Source of the DNA: Minisyncoccia bacterium
Lineage (GTDB): Bacteria > Patescibacteriota > Minisyncoccia > SW-4-49-11
Length of the DNA stretch: 64,000 nucleotides
Assembly (NCBI GenBank): GCA_044341565.1
Contig: JBIIRM010000003.1
Coordinates: 45,187-109,186, forward strand
Reading direction: 5' to 3'
Below, in pieces: positions 23,020 to 34,135 of this stretch. Position 1 is the stretch's first letter, and every line of letters starts with the position of its first letter. Below the pieces are notes generated by a model. It worked only from the letters and a program-made list of their open reading frames with translations. It did not search any database and was not told where the DNA came from. Both the position numbers and the translations under genes were made by a program.

Positions 23020-25905
23020 ATGTTTAATAAACCTCCCTTTAATGTTTCTTTTCCTGATTTGGAAAAAGATATACTTGAGTTTTGGAAAATTGAGAATATT
23101 CTACAAAAATCTATAGAGTTACGGCCCGCAGATAAGACCAAAACATTTTATGATGGGCCTATTACGGCCAATGGGGAGCCTCATTCAGGACATATGCTTA
23201 CTTTTGCATTGAAGGATATTATGCCTCGTTATTGGACTATGAAAGGATATAGAGTTACTCGTAGTCTTGGTTGGGACTGTCAGGGTATTCCAGTTGAATA
23301 TGAGATTGAAAAGAAGCTTGGATTTCAACAAAAAAAGGATATAGAAGAATATGGAATAGCCAAATTTAATCAATTATGTCGTGAATCGGTATCTACTCAT
23401 CGTGAGGGTATTATTGAATTAGAAGAAAAATTAGGAAGACTTACCAATTCGGATGAAGAATATGCTACTATGGATGCTGATTATATTGAATCAGTATGGT
23501 GGAGTTTATCAGAATTATATCGCAAGGGGCTTTTGTATGAAGGGTTCAAAGTAGTGCCGTATTCTACTCGGGCAGGGACAACACTTTCTAATGCTGAGGT
23601 GGCTCTGGGAGGGTATAAAAAACAAATTGACCCAGCTGTTACGATTAAATTTGAGCTTATAGATAAGCCCAATACTTTTGTATTAGCTTGGACTACTACT
23701 CCTTGGACTTTACCTACTAATTTTGCTTTAGCTGTAGGTAAGGATATTGATTATATTGAAGTTAGCATACTGAATACAGAAGAGCATTATATTGTGGCTC
23801 GGGATTTAGCCGAGAATATATTTGGTACGGATTATACCGTAGTGGAAGAATATAAGGGTTCGGATTTGATTGGAAAATCTTATAAACCTTTATTTGATTT
23901 TTTTGAGGGAAAAGAACATTCTTTTGTCATTTATGATGGCGCCCATGTTACGACAGAATCTGGTACTGGTATTGTACATCTTGCTCCTTATGGTGCTGAG
24001 GACAATGAAATTTTCCAGCAAGTAGGAATTCTATCGGTAGATGTGATTAATGATCAAGGTGATTTTATTGATGAAATTAAGCCTTATGCAGGGATGTTTT
24101 ATCGTAAAGCTAACAAATATATTATTGAGGATTTGAGAACAGCAAATAAGCTTTATAAAGTGGAGTATTATGAGCATGATTTGCCTATGTGTTGGCGTAC
24201 GAATACTCCTTTGATTTATAAGCCTATTACTTCTTGGTATATAGCAATGAGTACTTTGCGTGATAGATTAGCAGAGAATAATAATGCTATTGGCTGGATT
24301 CCTGATCATATTAAAGAGGGGAGATTTGGTAATTGGCTTAGAGAAATCAAAGATTGGGGGATTTCTCGGACACGATATTGGGGTACTCCACTTCCAATAT
24401 GGAAATCTGAATCAGGTAAGACGAAAATTATTGGTTCATTTACTGAATTAAAAGAATTATCTGGAATTGAGTTGGATGATCCTCATAGACCTTTTGTAGA
24501 TGATATATCATTTACCTTTGAGGGAGAGACATATAACAGAATTCCTGATGTATTAGATGTTTGGTATGATTCAGGGTCTATGCCTTTTGCTCGATTTCAT
24601 TATCCTTTTGAAAATAAAGAATTATTTGACTCTAAATTCCCAGCAGAATATATCGCTGAAGGGGTGGATCAGACTAGAGGTTGGTTTTATTCTCTTCTTG
24701 CTCTCTCTACCGCATTATTTGATCAGCCAAGCTATCGCAATGTGATTGTAAATGGATTAGTTTTAGCTGATGATGGACAAAAATTATCTAAGAGTAAGAA
24801 AAATTATACTAATCCAATTGAGCTTATTGATCAATTTGGAGCTGATGCTGTGAGACTTAACTTTTTCTCTACTCCAATCTCAGCAGGAGAAGATACTATT
24901 ATTTCAGGGAAGACAGTCAAACTTATGACTCAAGAATATATATTGCCTCTATGGAATATATATAGTTTTCTCGTTACCTATGCTAATGTGAGTGATTGGA
25001 CTCCTGCTTCTCAATCTAAAAAACCCAAAAACCCTAAAAATGAATGGTTATATACCAGGCTTAATTATACTATTCAAGAGGTGAATATGTCTCTAGATAA
25101 TTATCGTATACCTCAGGCTACTCGTGAGATTAAAGCTTGTATGGATGATATGTCTAAATGGTATATTCGTACAGCTCGTAATGATTTTGCAAGCGGAGAT
25201 ATTGAATTCTTACAAACTTTATATGATAATTTTGTAAGATTATTGCACCTCTTAGCACCATTTGCTCCATTTATTACGGAATATCTCTATCAGCAATTAG
25301 TGGTATCACAAAATTTTGAGGCGAGTCAGTCAATTCATTTGAGTCAATATCCAGAATATGAGGGTGAAATTGATGAGTTGGTATTGAATCAAGTAGAGCA
25401 GGTAAAAGTTATTCTGGAGCAAGGATTTAAGCTTCGAGAAGTATCGAGTATCAAGGTAAGGCAGCCGTTACAATCACTCGGAGTAGAGGGATTAGAACTT
25501 ACTGATTGGATGCAAGATATTATCAAGACAGAAATTAATGTAAAAGAAGTTGTAACTCATAAAGTTTCAGATAATAGTATTGAACATTTAGGATATATAT
25601 TAAGTCTGGATGATATTATTACAGATGAGCTAAGAGAAGAGGGATTGGTGCGAGAATTAATTCGTAATCTTCAAATTACTCGTAAGAATACTCGTCTTTC
25701 TAAGGAACAGAATATTAAGCTCACCGTAGATGCCTCGGATACAATTGTTAATCTTATCAAATCACATCAGGCAATTATTAGTGAGCCTGTAGGTGTGGTG
25801 GAATGGGAATTTAAGTCTCTATCGGAACAAGAAAATACGCAAAAAGTAAAAGTAGAACAAGAGGAATTTTTGATTTATATCACCGTACTTGAGGAGACAA
25901 AATAG
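23020..25905 (+). CDS. ileS: isoleucyl-tRNA synthetase
   Basis: HIGH-type GEPHSGHMLT, editing-domain motif WTTTPWTLPTN, KMSKS-type KLSKSKKN. 961 aa. Confidence 0.95.
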   Translation: MFNKPPFNVSFPDLEKDILEFWKIENILQKSIELRPADKTKTFYDGPITANGEPHSGHMLTFALKDIMPRYWTMKGYRVTRSLGWDCQGIPVEYEIEKKLGFQQKKDIEEYGIAKFNQLCRESVSTHREGIIELEEKLGRLTNSDEEYATMDADYIESVWWSLSELYRKGLLYEGFKVVPYSTRAGTTLSNAEVALGGYKKQIDPAVTIKFELIDKPNTFVLAWTTTPWTLPTNFALAVGKDIDYIEVSILNTEEHYIVARDLAENIFGTDYTVVEEYKGSDLIGKSYKPLFDFFEGKEHSFVIYDGAHVTTESGTGIVHLAPYGAEDNEIFQQVGILSVDVINDQGDFIDEIKPYAGMFYRKANKYIIEDLRTANKLYKVEYYEHDLPMCWRTNTPLIYKPITSWYIAMSTLRDRLAENNNAIGWIPDHIKEGRFGNWLREIKDWGISRTRYWGTPLPIWKSESGKTKIIGSFTELKELSGIELDDPHRPFVDDISFTFEGETYNRIPDVLDVWYDSGSMPFARFHYPFENKELFDSKFPAEYIAEGVDQTRGWFYSLLALSTALFDQPSYRNVIVNGLVLADDGQKLSKSKKNYTNPIELIDQFGADAVRLNFFSTPISAGEDTIISGKTVKLMTQEYILPLWNIYSFLVTYANVSDWTPASQSKKPKNPKNEWLYTRLNYTIQEVNMSLDNYRIPQATREIKACMDDMSKWYIRTARNDFASGDIEFLQTLYDNFVRLLHLLAPFAPFITEYLYQQLVVSQNFEASQSIHLSQYPEYEGEIDELVLNQVEQVKVILEQGFKLREVSSIKVRQPLQSLGVEGLELTDWMQDIIKTEINVKEVVTHKVSDNSIEHLGYILSLDDIITDELREEGLVRELIRNLQITRKNTRLSKEQNIKLTVDASDTIVNLIKSHQAIISEPVGVVEWEFKSLSEQENTQKVKVEQEEFLIYITVLEETK

Positions 25906-25908
25906 TCT

Positions 25909-26712
25909 ATGAAAATAACCAAAGAACAAGAATTTATACAGCTTGTTTGGGATTATTATTATCAGTATAAGCGGCCAATGCCTTGGCGGGATAATATTAA
26001 TCCTTATTGGGTAGTTGTTTCTGAGATTATGCTACAGCAAACTCAAGTGGCGAGAGTTCTTGAGAAATTCCCTGTATTTATAGAACAGTTTCCGAGTTTT
26101 AAAGTTTTGGCAGAATCTAGTCTTTTGGAAGTATTGCAAGCTTGGCAGGGATTGGGTTATAATCGGCGAGGTAAATATCTTTGGGAAATTGCCCAAAAAA
26201 TAATGCAGGAATATGATGGGGTTCTACCAGATAATCCTGATATATTAATTCATTTTCCTGGTATTGGTAAGGCCACAGCCGCTTCAATTATAGCCTTTGC
26301 TTATAATAAACCTACCATATTTATTGAAACAAATATTCGGCGAGTTTATATACATCATTTTTTCTCTGAAGCAGAGAATATTTCTGATAATGATTTACTC
26401 CCCTTTGTTGAGAGAACGGTTTCCAAAGATAATCCAAGAGAATGGTATTATGCTTTGATGGATTATGGAACTTATCTGAAAACTCAAATTAGTAATCCTA
26501 ATCGTAAAAGCAAACATTATACACGCCAAAGTGTATTTGAGGGTTCTAATAGACAAATACGCTCTCAAATTATAAAACTATTATTACAGGGATCAAAAAC
26601 TTTGTCAGAGATACAGGATATGATTTCAGATAGTAGGGTTGAGGATAATATAGAATCTTTAGTAAAAGAAGAATTAATAAAAAAGGAAAAAAATCAGTAT
26701 ATAATTCGTTAA
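25909..26712 (+). CDS. HhH-GPD family DNA glycosylase (MutY/Nth-like, short)
   Basis: LLQQTQVARV ... helix-hairpin-helix FPGIGKATAASI. No obvious 4Fe-4S Cys cluster and no NUDIX tail. Confidence 0.65.
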   Translation: MKITKEQEFIQLVWDYYYQYKRPMPWRDNINPYWVVVSEIMLQQTQVARVLEKFPVFIEQFPSFKVLAESSLLEVLQAWQGLGYNRRGKYLWEIAQKIMQEYDGVLPDNPDILIHFPGIGKATAASIIAFAYNKPTIFIETNIRRVYIHHFFSEAENISDNDLLPFVERTVSKDNPREWYYALMDYGTYLKTQISNPNRKSKHYTRQSVFEGSNRQIRSQIIKLLLQGSKTLSEIQDMISDSRVEDNIESLVKEELIKKEKNQYIIR

Positions 26713-26760
26713 ATAGTAACATTTATGCTATACTATATGTAATATAATGTAGTATAAAAT

Positions 26761-28029
26761 ATGCCGCAAAACCCTAAAAAAATTCTAATTCTTTCTTGGG
26801 AAATATTGCCTTTGATGGAAGGTGGATTAGGGGTATTGGTGCGAAGCTTAGTGGATGAATTACGCCGACAGGGGGCAGAGGTTACTATACTTACACCTCA
26901 CAATACTGATGATATTGAGGATGTTATTTCACTTGAATTGGGAGTGAGAAAATATAGTAAATCAGATACGCCTATTCCTGGACTCAAGGATTTTGTATTA
27001 AAAGAATTTATTCCAAAAGGGAAAAAGAAATATGTAAAATGGCCACAATTATATAGTGAATCAGTAGTAAAAAGAGCTACTCTGTATCCTAATCATACTC
27101 CTATTTCAACGAGAGCTTATGCCTATGCAGTTTATGATTGGCTACAAGAAAATGGACAAGATTTTGATGTAATATATGGTATGGATTGGATGGCTATACC
27201 AGCGCATTTACTTTTGGTACATCATAATATTACTATTCCATTTTATTATCATATTAATTCTACGGAAGTTGATCGCTCAGGTGGACATGTACATAATAAT
27301 GATCACACAGCAAGAGCTTTATATGAACTTGAGAAAAAGGGATTTTATTTGGCACAAAAAATTGCAGTAGTATCAGATATATCTAAACAAATATTAATTG
27401 AGGATTATAATATTCCTGAGGAGAGAATTTATCCTATATATAATGATATTAGTTTTGAACCTGAAAAAATTGGATTTGAGCATTTGGATCGCGGTAAAAA
27501 TGTATTATTTATGGGACGTGTTGTGGCACAGAAAGGATTATTCTTTTTGATTGAAACAGCGGCTCGGGTTCTTCAAATTGATTCTCAAGTTACTTTTATT
27601 ATTGCAGGGGATGGATCTACAGAAGGAAATCTTTTACCCGAAATTGTGGAGCATGTAGCAAAAAGAAAATTGGAGCGAAATATTGTATTTACAGGTTGGG
27701 TAAATAGTGAATCCAAAAAACAATTATATAAAACTAGCCAATTATTTGTTATGCCATCTCCTAATGAGCCATTTGGACTTACCGCCTTGGAGGCTATTCG
27801 CTCAGGTGTCCCTACTATTGCCTCAGAGACAAGCGGATTTATTAGTGTAGTGCCCTCAACTCCAACCTTTGCTTATTATGATATTGAAGCCTTTGCTAAT
27901 ACAATACTCCATTTTATTCAAAATAAAGATGCTCGAATTGATTTATTAAAAAGACAACAGGAAGATTTATCTCATCATAATTGGCCACAAGAAGTGAAAA
28001 AATTATTGAGTTTAATAGAAGCGGTATGA
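26761..28029 (+). CDS. GT4-family glycosyltransferase (glycogen/alpha-glucan synthase-like)
   Basis: GT-B architecture. The C-terminal EPFGLTALEA (E-x7-E motif region) is typical of GT4 / Glycos_transf_1. Confidence 0.75.
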   Translation: MPQNPKKILILSWEILPLMEGGLGVLVRSLVDELRRQGAEVTILTPHNTDDIEDVISLELGVRKYSKSDTPIPGLKDFVLKEFIPKGKKKYVKWPQLYSESVVKRATLYPNHTPISTRAYAYAVYDWLQENGQDFDVIYGMDWMAIPAHLLLVHHNITIPFYYHINSTEVDRSGGHVHNNDHTARALYELEKKGFYLAQKIAVVSDISKQILIEDYNIPEERIYPIYNDISFEPEKIGFEHLDRGKNVLFMGRVVAQKGLFFLIETAARVLQIDSQVTFIIAGDGSTEGNLLPEIVEHVAKRKLERNIVFTGWVNSESKKQLYKTSQLFVMPSPNEPFGLTALEAIRSGVPTIASETSGFISVVPSTPTFAYYDIEAFANTILHFIQNKDARIDLLKRQQEDLSHHNWPQEVKKLLSLIEAV

Positions 28030-29117
28030 CAAAAGATATAAAAACACCAATTTTGCTCAAAGAGGAATATCCCGTAGTGATTTCTTTGTCTTTAATTTTT
28101 TCTTATACTTCTAAATCTTTAGTGGATATTTTGAAAAACCCAAAACTTCTTTTTGTAGATAAGAGGCGAAGTGATACTATTTGGGAAAAAGAATTCAATA
28201 CCATATATATTCCCTTATTTGAATTTCTGTATAAGCAAAATATTAAAGCTGCAGTAATTATTACAGGACATTTTCTTGATATTGCTGCTCGTAAATATCC
28301 AGTATTCTTAGATATTTTACAAAAAATGATTCAAAAAGATTTACTATATATTATTCCAGATGCCTATTGGGGAAGTAGTCATCTTAGTATGTATTATTTT
28401 GATTGGTGGAAAGATGAAATTGCAGGAACTATAGAGCGAATAAAAGAGTATTTAAACATTATACCAACTTCCGTATATGTGCCTTTACTGTATCGACAAT
28501 TACCATTAGAAAAATTATTAACAAGTTTTAGAATAGTAGATTTTGTGACCATAGTAGATGAACGTAAAGGAGGGATTTTGACTATGCCATTAAAATCATT
28601 TCGGCGTTTTCGAGGGGGGAGAGTAACTTGGATAAAAGAGGTGGAGAAAACAGATATTAATATTCATTGGTATCCTTATACCCATTATTTTGATTTGATG
28701 AATGTAAAAAATCATCAAACAATAGAATTGATGACAAAATCAATAGGACTTGAAATAGCACTTGCCTCAACCAAAGCTCAAATTGTGAAAAGTAAACCAA
28801 AAAAGAAGTCCTCTCTTCGTATACAAGAAGAGCGTAATTGGTCACGATATAGTAATCTTCAAAAAGGAGTATTTAGGCTATGGGAATATGCTACCTATAT
28901 GCTCGGAAAAGAACATGCAGAAATTGATACCATTGATGATGATCCCTTAATGCGAAATTTGTTTTATAGTATGAATAGAGATTTCTTTTATTATCTTGGA
29001 TATGATAATTATACCAAAAAACAACAAATTCCTTTTACTTCACCATATGAATCATTTATTCATATTCAGAATACCAATATACAATTAGAAATTTTATTTA
29101 ATCAGAGAGAAACATAG
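28026..29117 (+). CDS. hypothetical protein in glycogen-type cluster (possible GH57-like fold, uncertain)
   Basis: The start ATG overlaps the upstream TGA (ATGA coupling) at 28026-28029. Weak resemblance to the GH57 N-terminal region, without clear catalytic residues. Confidence 0.4.
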   Translation: MTKDIKTPILLKEEYPVVISLSLIFSYTSKSLVDILKNPKLLFVDKRRSDTIWEKEFNTIYIPLFEFLYKQNIKAAVIITGHFLDIAARKYPVFLDILQKMIQKDLLYIIPDAYWGSSHLSMYYFDWWKDEIAGTIERIKEYLNIIPTSVYVPLLYRQLPLEKLLTSFRIVDFVTIVDERKGGILTMPLKSFRRFRGGRVTWIKEVEKTDINIHWYPYTHYFDLMNVKNHQTIELMTKSIGLEIALASTKAQIVKSKPKKKSSLRIQEERNWSRYSNLQKGVFRLWEYATYMLGKEHAEIDTIDDDPLMRNLFYSMNRDFFYYLGYDNYTKKQQIPFTSPYESFIHIQNTNIQLEILFNQRET

Positions 29118-29123
29118 TATATA

Positions 29124-30743
29124 TTAATGCTTATATCCTTTACGAATATATTCTAATACCATGCGCTGCGTATTATAATAGCTTCCAATGAGGGATATTG
29201 CAGATCTTTGCATTCGGGTAAATTTTTCTCTATTATTATAAAATACATCTAGAGCATTCCCAATATTATCATACATACTATTGATTTCCTGATACTCATC
29301 TTCCCCCGATATTGTCCATCCATTAACATGATGTATACCACTTTCAGGCCACCAACCATCATAGGTGGATATATTGAGCACTCCATTGAGAGAGGCCTTC
29401 ATACCACTAGTTCCTGAGGCTTCATAGGATATACGAGGGGTATTAAGCCAAACATCTACACCACTAACAAGAAGTTTGGATAGCTCAATATTATAATTGG
29501 GTAAATATATAATTTTGAGATAATCATTAGAATGTTCCCGAGCAATATCTAATATTCGTTTAATAATATCAAATCCTACATTATCGGTGTGATAGGCCTT
29601 CCCTGCAAAAATAATATTAAGTCCTTTATATTGCTCAGCAAGTTTAGCCAGTCTCTCAATATCAGAAAATATAAGATGAGCTCTTTTGTACTCAGTAGCA
29701 CGACGGGCAAATCCTATGGTGAAGGCATTGGGTAGAAAATTGATATCAGGCTGTTGTTTGAGATATTCAGCTAATATATCTTTATTGATTTGATGAGCTT
29801 GTTGTATATCAGCAATTGGAATCCCATCAATATAGCGTAAAATTTCTGGATGTGTTTCCCAGCTAGGATAATATGATTGAAATACTTTATTCATAGATTC
29901 AGAAATCCAAGTAGGACTATGAATTCCATTAGTAATAGAATCAATTATGTGTTCTGGGAACATAGCCTGAGATACTTCTTGATGTTTTTGGGAGACGGCA
30001 TTAGAATAATCAGCAAGAGACAAAGCAAGTCGCGTAAGATTAATAGTATGCTCATCTTCAAAGGCATCTTTTGGTAAATGCTGTAATTGCTCTGATGTAC
30101 ATATTCCTTGTAACCATTCTATAGGAAGACGAGTATGCCCGCCCAGAAGGGGAGTATGAGTAGTGAATACTACCTGAGAAATAGGATGATCAATCACCAG
30201 TGAAATAAGGGCACTATGGCTTTCATTGAGATGAAAGGTATCAATATTATTAAGCCCAAGACTATCAAGAGCATATTTGCTCCCAAGTCCTAATATGAGT
30301 AATTGTCTTCTGAATATTTCGGGATCTGGGGAATATACTTTATCGGAAACTGCTCTGAATAAATCTGAATTCTCAGGTAAATCAGTATCTAATAAAAGTA
30401 TGGATACTGATTTATTAGAAAGAGAAGAAGTATAACTATATTCCCAAATATTGATTTGTACGGTTTCCTTTGCAAATTGAATACTTGTTTTCCCAATTAG
30501 ATTGAGTAATTTGGTATAATCCCATTCTTGAGGATTTGCAATTTGCCCTTGCTCAGCATCTAATACTTGGTCTAGATATCCATGTTTATATAATATCCCA
30601 ACACCAATTACAGGAAGTCCCAAATCAGCAAAACTTTTCATAGTGTCTCCAGCCAAAATTCCAAGACCTCCAGTATAAATTTTGATATCATCAGAAAACC
30701 CAAATTCCATACAGATATAGGCGGTACTCGGGATATAATTCAT
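29124..30743 (-). CDS. glgP: alpha-glucan (glycogen/maltodextrin) phosphorylase, short GT35 form
   Basis: YICMEFGFSDDIKIYTGGLGILAGD N-terminal signature and a PLP-lysine region. 539 aa. Confidence 0.85.
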   Translation of the reverse strand: MNYIPSTAYICMEFGFSDDIKIYTGGLGILAGDTMKSFADLGLPVIGVGILYKHGYLDQVLDAEQGQIANPQEWDYTKLLNLIGKTSIQFAKETVQINIWEYSYTSSLSNKSVSILLLDTDLPENSDLFRAVSDKVYSPDPEIFRRQLLILGLGSKYALDSLGLNNIDTFHLNESHSALISLVIDHPISQVVFTTHTPLLGGHTRLPIEWLQGICTSEQLQHLPKDAFEDEHTINLTRLALSLADYSNAVSQKHQEVSQAMFPEHIIDSITNGIHSPTWISESMNKVFQSYYPSWETHPEILRYIDGIPIADIQQAHQINKDILAEYLKQQPDINFLPNAFTIGFARRATEYKRAHLIFSDIERLAKLAEQYKGLNIIFAGKAYHTDNVGFDIIKRILDIAREHSNDYLKIIYLPNYNIELSKLLVSGVDVWLNTPRISYEASGTSGMKASLNGVLNISTYDGWWPESGIHHVNGWTISGEDEYQEINSMYDNIGNALDVFYNNREKFTRMQRSAISLIGSYYNTQRMVLEYIRKGYKH

Positions 30744-30796
30744 TGTATTTGTATTATGTATATCTATTAGTATAGCATATTATTGGGATAACAAAA

Positions 30797-30816
30797 AATC
30801 CCCTTATCGGGGACAT
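30797..30816 (-). terminator. small intrinsic terminator downstream of rpmA (TCCCC-TTATC-GGGGA, T-run on minus)
   Basis: A-run on plus precedes the hairpin, so on minus the hairpin is followed by a T-run. Confidence 0.5.
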
Positions 30817-30834
30817 CTTGTTATGAGAGCTAAT

Positions 30835-31107
30835 TTAGATTACAGATACTGTTTTGATGATATGCTTTTTTCCAGTAAATGAAACTTTACGAGCTTTTCC
30901 AAATTCAATAACTCCATTTGCAATTGCATATAATGTGTCATCTGCTCCACGAGAAACATTTTTTCCAGCATGAAATTTAGTTCCACGTTGTCGAATAATG
31001 ATATTCCCTTTTTCTACTTTTTGTCCAGCATATAACTTAACTCCAAGATATTTTGGGTTTGAATCTCTACCTAAGGCTGTAGAACCACCAGCTTTTCTAT
31101 GTGCCAT
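30835..31107 (-). CDS. rpmA: 50S ribosomal protein L27
   Basis: [29 protein letters not shown] matches the L27 N-terminus. The start is taken at the internal Met, not the longer ORF-track start. Confidence 0.9.
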   Translation of the reverse strand: MAHRKAGGSTALGRDSNPKYLGVKLYAGQKVEKGNIIIRQRGTKFHAGKNVSRGADDTLYAIANGVIEFGKARKVSFTGKKHIIKTVSVI

Positions 31108-31144
31108 ATCAAATAATGTTACTATATATGGTATAATAATACAT

Positions 31145-31528
31145 ATGAAATACCAATTTGTCAAGAATAGTGAAATTGTACTGTTGATTATATCTGCAAT
31201 ATTGATAGGAGGGATTGCGTATTTTATTGGAAAAATTCAAACTTTAGAATCCCAACCAAATACAATACAAGTTGTGTATCCAGATGCTATTGCAATAAAA
31301 AAGGATACTATCAATACGTCTAATCAAGCCGCGGCCTCCATCAATAGTACTATTGAGACAAAATTACAAACAGGTAAAATTATAGCGAGTAAAAATGGAA
31401 AACGATATTATTATGAATCCTGTAGCGGTGTAAATCGTATTAAGCCAGAAAACAGAATATATTTTGATACGAAAGAACAAGCTGAAGCCAAGGGATTAAC
31501 TATTGCTTCTGGATGTAAAGCCTTATGA
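31145..31528 (+). CDS. membrane-anchored small protein with C-terminal Cys-containing motif ([34 protein letters not shown])
   Basis: N-terminal TM helix. The start is placed at Met 31145 to avoid antisense overlap with rpmA. Confidence 0.45.
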   Translation: MKYQFVKNSEIVLLIISAILIGGIAYFIGKIQTLESQPNTIQVVYPDAIAIKKDTINTSNQAAASINSTIETKLQTGKIIASKNGKRYYYESCSGVNRIKPENRIYFDTKEQAEAKGLTIASGCKAL

Positions 31529-32334
31529 GAAAAACCTATATTCCCCGAACATATACCAAAAAGAAATCACCTGCTCGCAAAGCAAATCGATTCATAGAAA
31601 TATTCCAATTTTTTATTTGGATTATATTTTTTGGGGGAATTGGATATGCCTTATATTCACCCATATTAAATATTGTGAATATAGATATTCGAGTAGATAA
31701 TGAAATATTACAAAAAAATATTAAATCAAAGTCTGAAGATTTAATACAAGCTCATAATCATTGGTATTATAATAATAAGAATATTCTCCTTGCTCGTAGT
31801 GATATTCTTGAGAGAGAATTACAAAAAGAATTCCCACAAATTAAACATATTACTATTAAAAGGACAATAAATCGTTCATTGGAACTCACCATTCAACTTA
31901 GAAATTCCTTATTCACTATTTGTGAAAATACTATCTGCTCCAATATTAGTGATGATGGCGTCAATATTGGTAATGATTCTCTATCGGCTTCACTCATATC
32001 ATTAACTGGGATTACTCCTAAGTCTCGTGGAGAAATTGTATTTTCAGAGAGAGAAATAGCTTGGTTTAAAACTATTGTGGAAATGTATAATCAAATTGAT
32101 GGCGTAAAAGTATCCTCAATTGCCATACAGCAAAAAGCAGAGAATAGAATATTGGGGGTATTCGTCTATACAGAACAAGGATATTATATTATGCTAGATT
32201 TAGATACAGATATTATTTATCAAGCAGGGGCTTTAAAACAAGTCTTTATATCCCAGCTGCCTCCAGATCAAAGGCCTAATCTTCAATATATTGATTTACG
32301 GGTAAAGGATAGAGTATATTATAAGTTTAAATAA
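31525..32334 (+). CDS. FtsQ/DivIB-like cell-division protein candidate (N-terminal TM + POTRA-like region)
   Basis: Basic N-terminus, a single TM, ~270 aa, directly upstream of envelope glycosyltransferase genes. Weak similarity. Confidence 0.4.
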   Translation: MRKTYIPRTYTKKKSPARKANRFIEIFQFFIWIIFFGGIGYALYSPILNIVNIDIRVDNEILQKNIKSKSEDLIQAHNHWYYNNKNILLARSDILERELQKEFPQIKHITIKRTINRSLELTIQLRNSLFTICENTICSNISDDGVNIGNDSLSASLISLTGITPKSRGEIVFSEREIAWFKTIVEMYNQIDGVKVSSIAIQQKAENRILGVFVYTEQGYYIMLDLDTDIIYQAGALKQVFISQLPPDQRPNLQYIDLRVKDRVYYKFK

Positions 32335-32337
32335 TGT

Positions 32338-34131
32338 ATGAAACAGCATATTATCAAGTGGTATAATAAAATTCCCCTATGGGGATATGTTTTAGGTATT
32401 ACGATAATACTTGCTGTGTTGGCATTTGGATCAAGTGCTGGAGATTCGTTAACAGTTGATGAAAGTCCTCATATTGGAGCTGGATATTCATATATTGCAA
32501 AGGGGGATTATCGACTGAATCCAGAACATCCACCTTTATTAAAAATGTTATCAGGGTCTTCTATTTGGCTTGGAGCAAAGCTCACGGGGAATACCGTTAA
32601 TTTCCCAGATACTATTCCTGCTTGGACAGAAAAGGTTAATGCCCAATGGGATATTGGATATGCATTTCTCTTTCAATCAGGTAATGATGCTAATACTATT
32701 ATATGGTGGGCTCGACTACCAACTATATTGATATTACTTTTAGGGGGGATTTATTTGACCTATTCGGTATATTATCATACTAAGAGTAAAGCTATTAGTG
32801 TTATTAGCATTATATTATATGCATTTTCTCCTAATGTAATTGCTCACGGACGTCTTGTGACAACTGATATTATTGCAAGTATATCATTTATTATTGCTAT
32901 TGATATTTGGGTGCGTTATCTCAAAAATCCTACCATTAAATATATTGGTTTACTTATTGTAGCTATATCATTTGCCTTTTTGTCTAAATTTTCTACTATT
33001 CTTTTTTTGCCATTATTTTTTGTGACCGGATTTGGGTATATTGCAGTAAAGTATTGGGGTAAAAAAAATATAATACGTAAAGGTGGTATTCTATTGCGAG
33101 ATGCTCTTATTATAGCTATGGGAGTATTTGTAATTATCAATGGAGTATATTATTATACTATGCGAAATATGAGTGTTGATACACAAATGAAATTAATTCA
33201 AGAATCATTCCCGCAAGATAATGCTATATCTCAAATTACAAAAAACAGTTTATCCCAGGTGGTTAATACTCCAGGGCTACAATATTTTGGACAATATCTT
33301 TTAGGTCAGTCTATGGCAATACAAAGAGTAGGTGGGGGGAATACTACCTTTTTATTAGGGAGATTTACTAATCAGAGTTTTACTGAATATTTTCCAATCA
33401 CCTATATATTAAAAGAACATTTAGGTATACTTGCGGTGTTAGCAAGCTTACTACTAGTGAGTATAGTTCTTGGGATTCGAGCTATTCAGCATAAAAAGTT
33501 GAAATTCAATAGAAAATGGTTGCTCAAATACTGGTATGAATGGACGATAATCACTATGATACTCTTATATTGGTTTATTAGTATAAGAGGGAATTTGAAT
33601 CTTGGAATACGACATATATTACCTGCCGTCATATTAACTTATATAATTATTGCTATTGGAATTGTACGTATATTATTACCTTTGAAATTTTCAAAAATAA
33701 TTCTTGGTATATTTTTGATATGGTATATTGCTGCCACATTACTTACATATCCTTCTTATCTCTCTCATTTAAATGTATTGGCAGGTCATGATCAAGGCTA
33801 TCAAATCTTTACTGATTCTAATCTTGATTGGGGTCAGGACTTAAAACGATTGCATACATGGACGAAAGAGCAAAATATTGATACACTATATATAGATTAT
33901 TTTGGAACTGGAGATGTGAAATATTATCTTCCAGATATCAATATAATACCAGTAAAATCGAATGATGGACCTAAAATTGGCTATACTGCAATTAGTGCGA
34001 CTATGTTTCAAGATTCATTTTATCTGAAACAAAAAAATCCAAATTATCAAGAATATTGGTGGTTAGCATGGAAAAAGCCAGATTATATTATTGGGAATTC
34101 CATATTAATTTATTATAATAGCAGATATTAA
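32338..34131 (+). CDS. GT-C fold membrane glycosyltransferase (PMT/ArnT family, GT39/GT83-like)
   Basis: Polytopic membrane protein with the DE-type motif DESPH in the first extracytoplasmic loop, ~600 aa. Confidence 0.7.
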   Translation: MKQHIIKWYNKIPLWGYVLGITIILAVLAFGSSAGDSLTVDESPHIGAGYSYIAKGDYRLNPEHPPLLKMLSGSSIWLGAKLTGNTVNFPDTIPAWTEKVNAQWDIGYAFLFQSGNDANTIIWWARLPTILILLLGGIYLTYSVYYHTKSKAISVISIILYAFSPNVIAHGRLVTTDIIASISFIIAIDIWVRYLKNPTIKYIGLLIVAISFAFLSKFSTILFLPLFFVTGFGYIAVKYWGKKNIIRKGGILLRDALIIAMGVFVIINGVYYYTMRNMSVDTQMKLIQESFPQDNAISQITKNSLSQVVNTPGLQYFGQYLLGQSMAIQRVGGGNTTFLLGRFTNQSFTEYFPITYILKEHLGILAVLASLLLVSIVLGIRAIQHKKLKFNRKWLLKYWYEWTIITMILLYWFISIRGNLNLGIRHILPAVILTYIIIAIGIVRILLPLKFSKIILGIFLIWYIAATLLTYPSYLSHLNVLAGHDQGYQIFTDSNLDWGQDLKRLHTWTKEQNIDTLYIDYFGTGDVKYYLPDINIIPVKSNDGPKIGYTAISATMFQDSFYLKQKNPNYQEYWWLAWKKPDYIIGNSILIYYNSRY

Positions 34132-34135
34132 TTCC

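Noticed and set aside
23020-25905. Possible alternative genetic code (UGA=Gly, code 25) as in some candidate-phyla lineages
   Set aside because: Long genes (ileS 961 aa, valS-like 787 aa, ATPase 807 aa, the 797-aa pilin) are intact with TGA acting as stop, and genes end cleanly at TGA (e.g. 28027-28029). The standard code is assumed.
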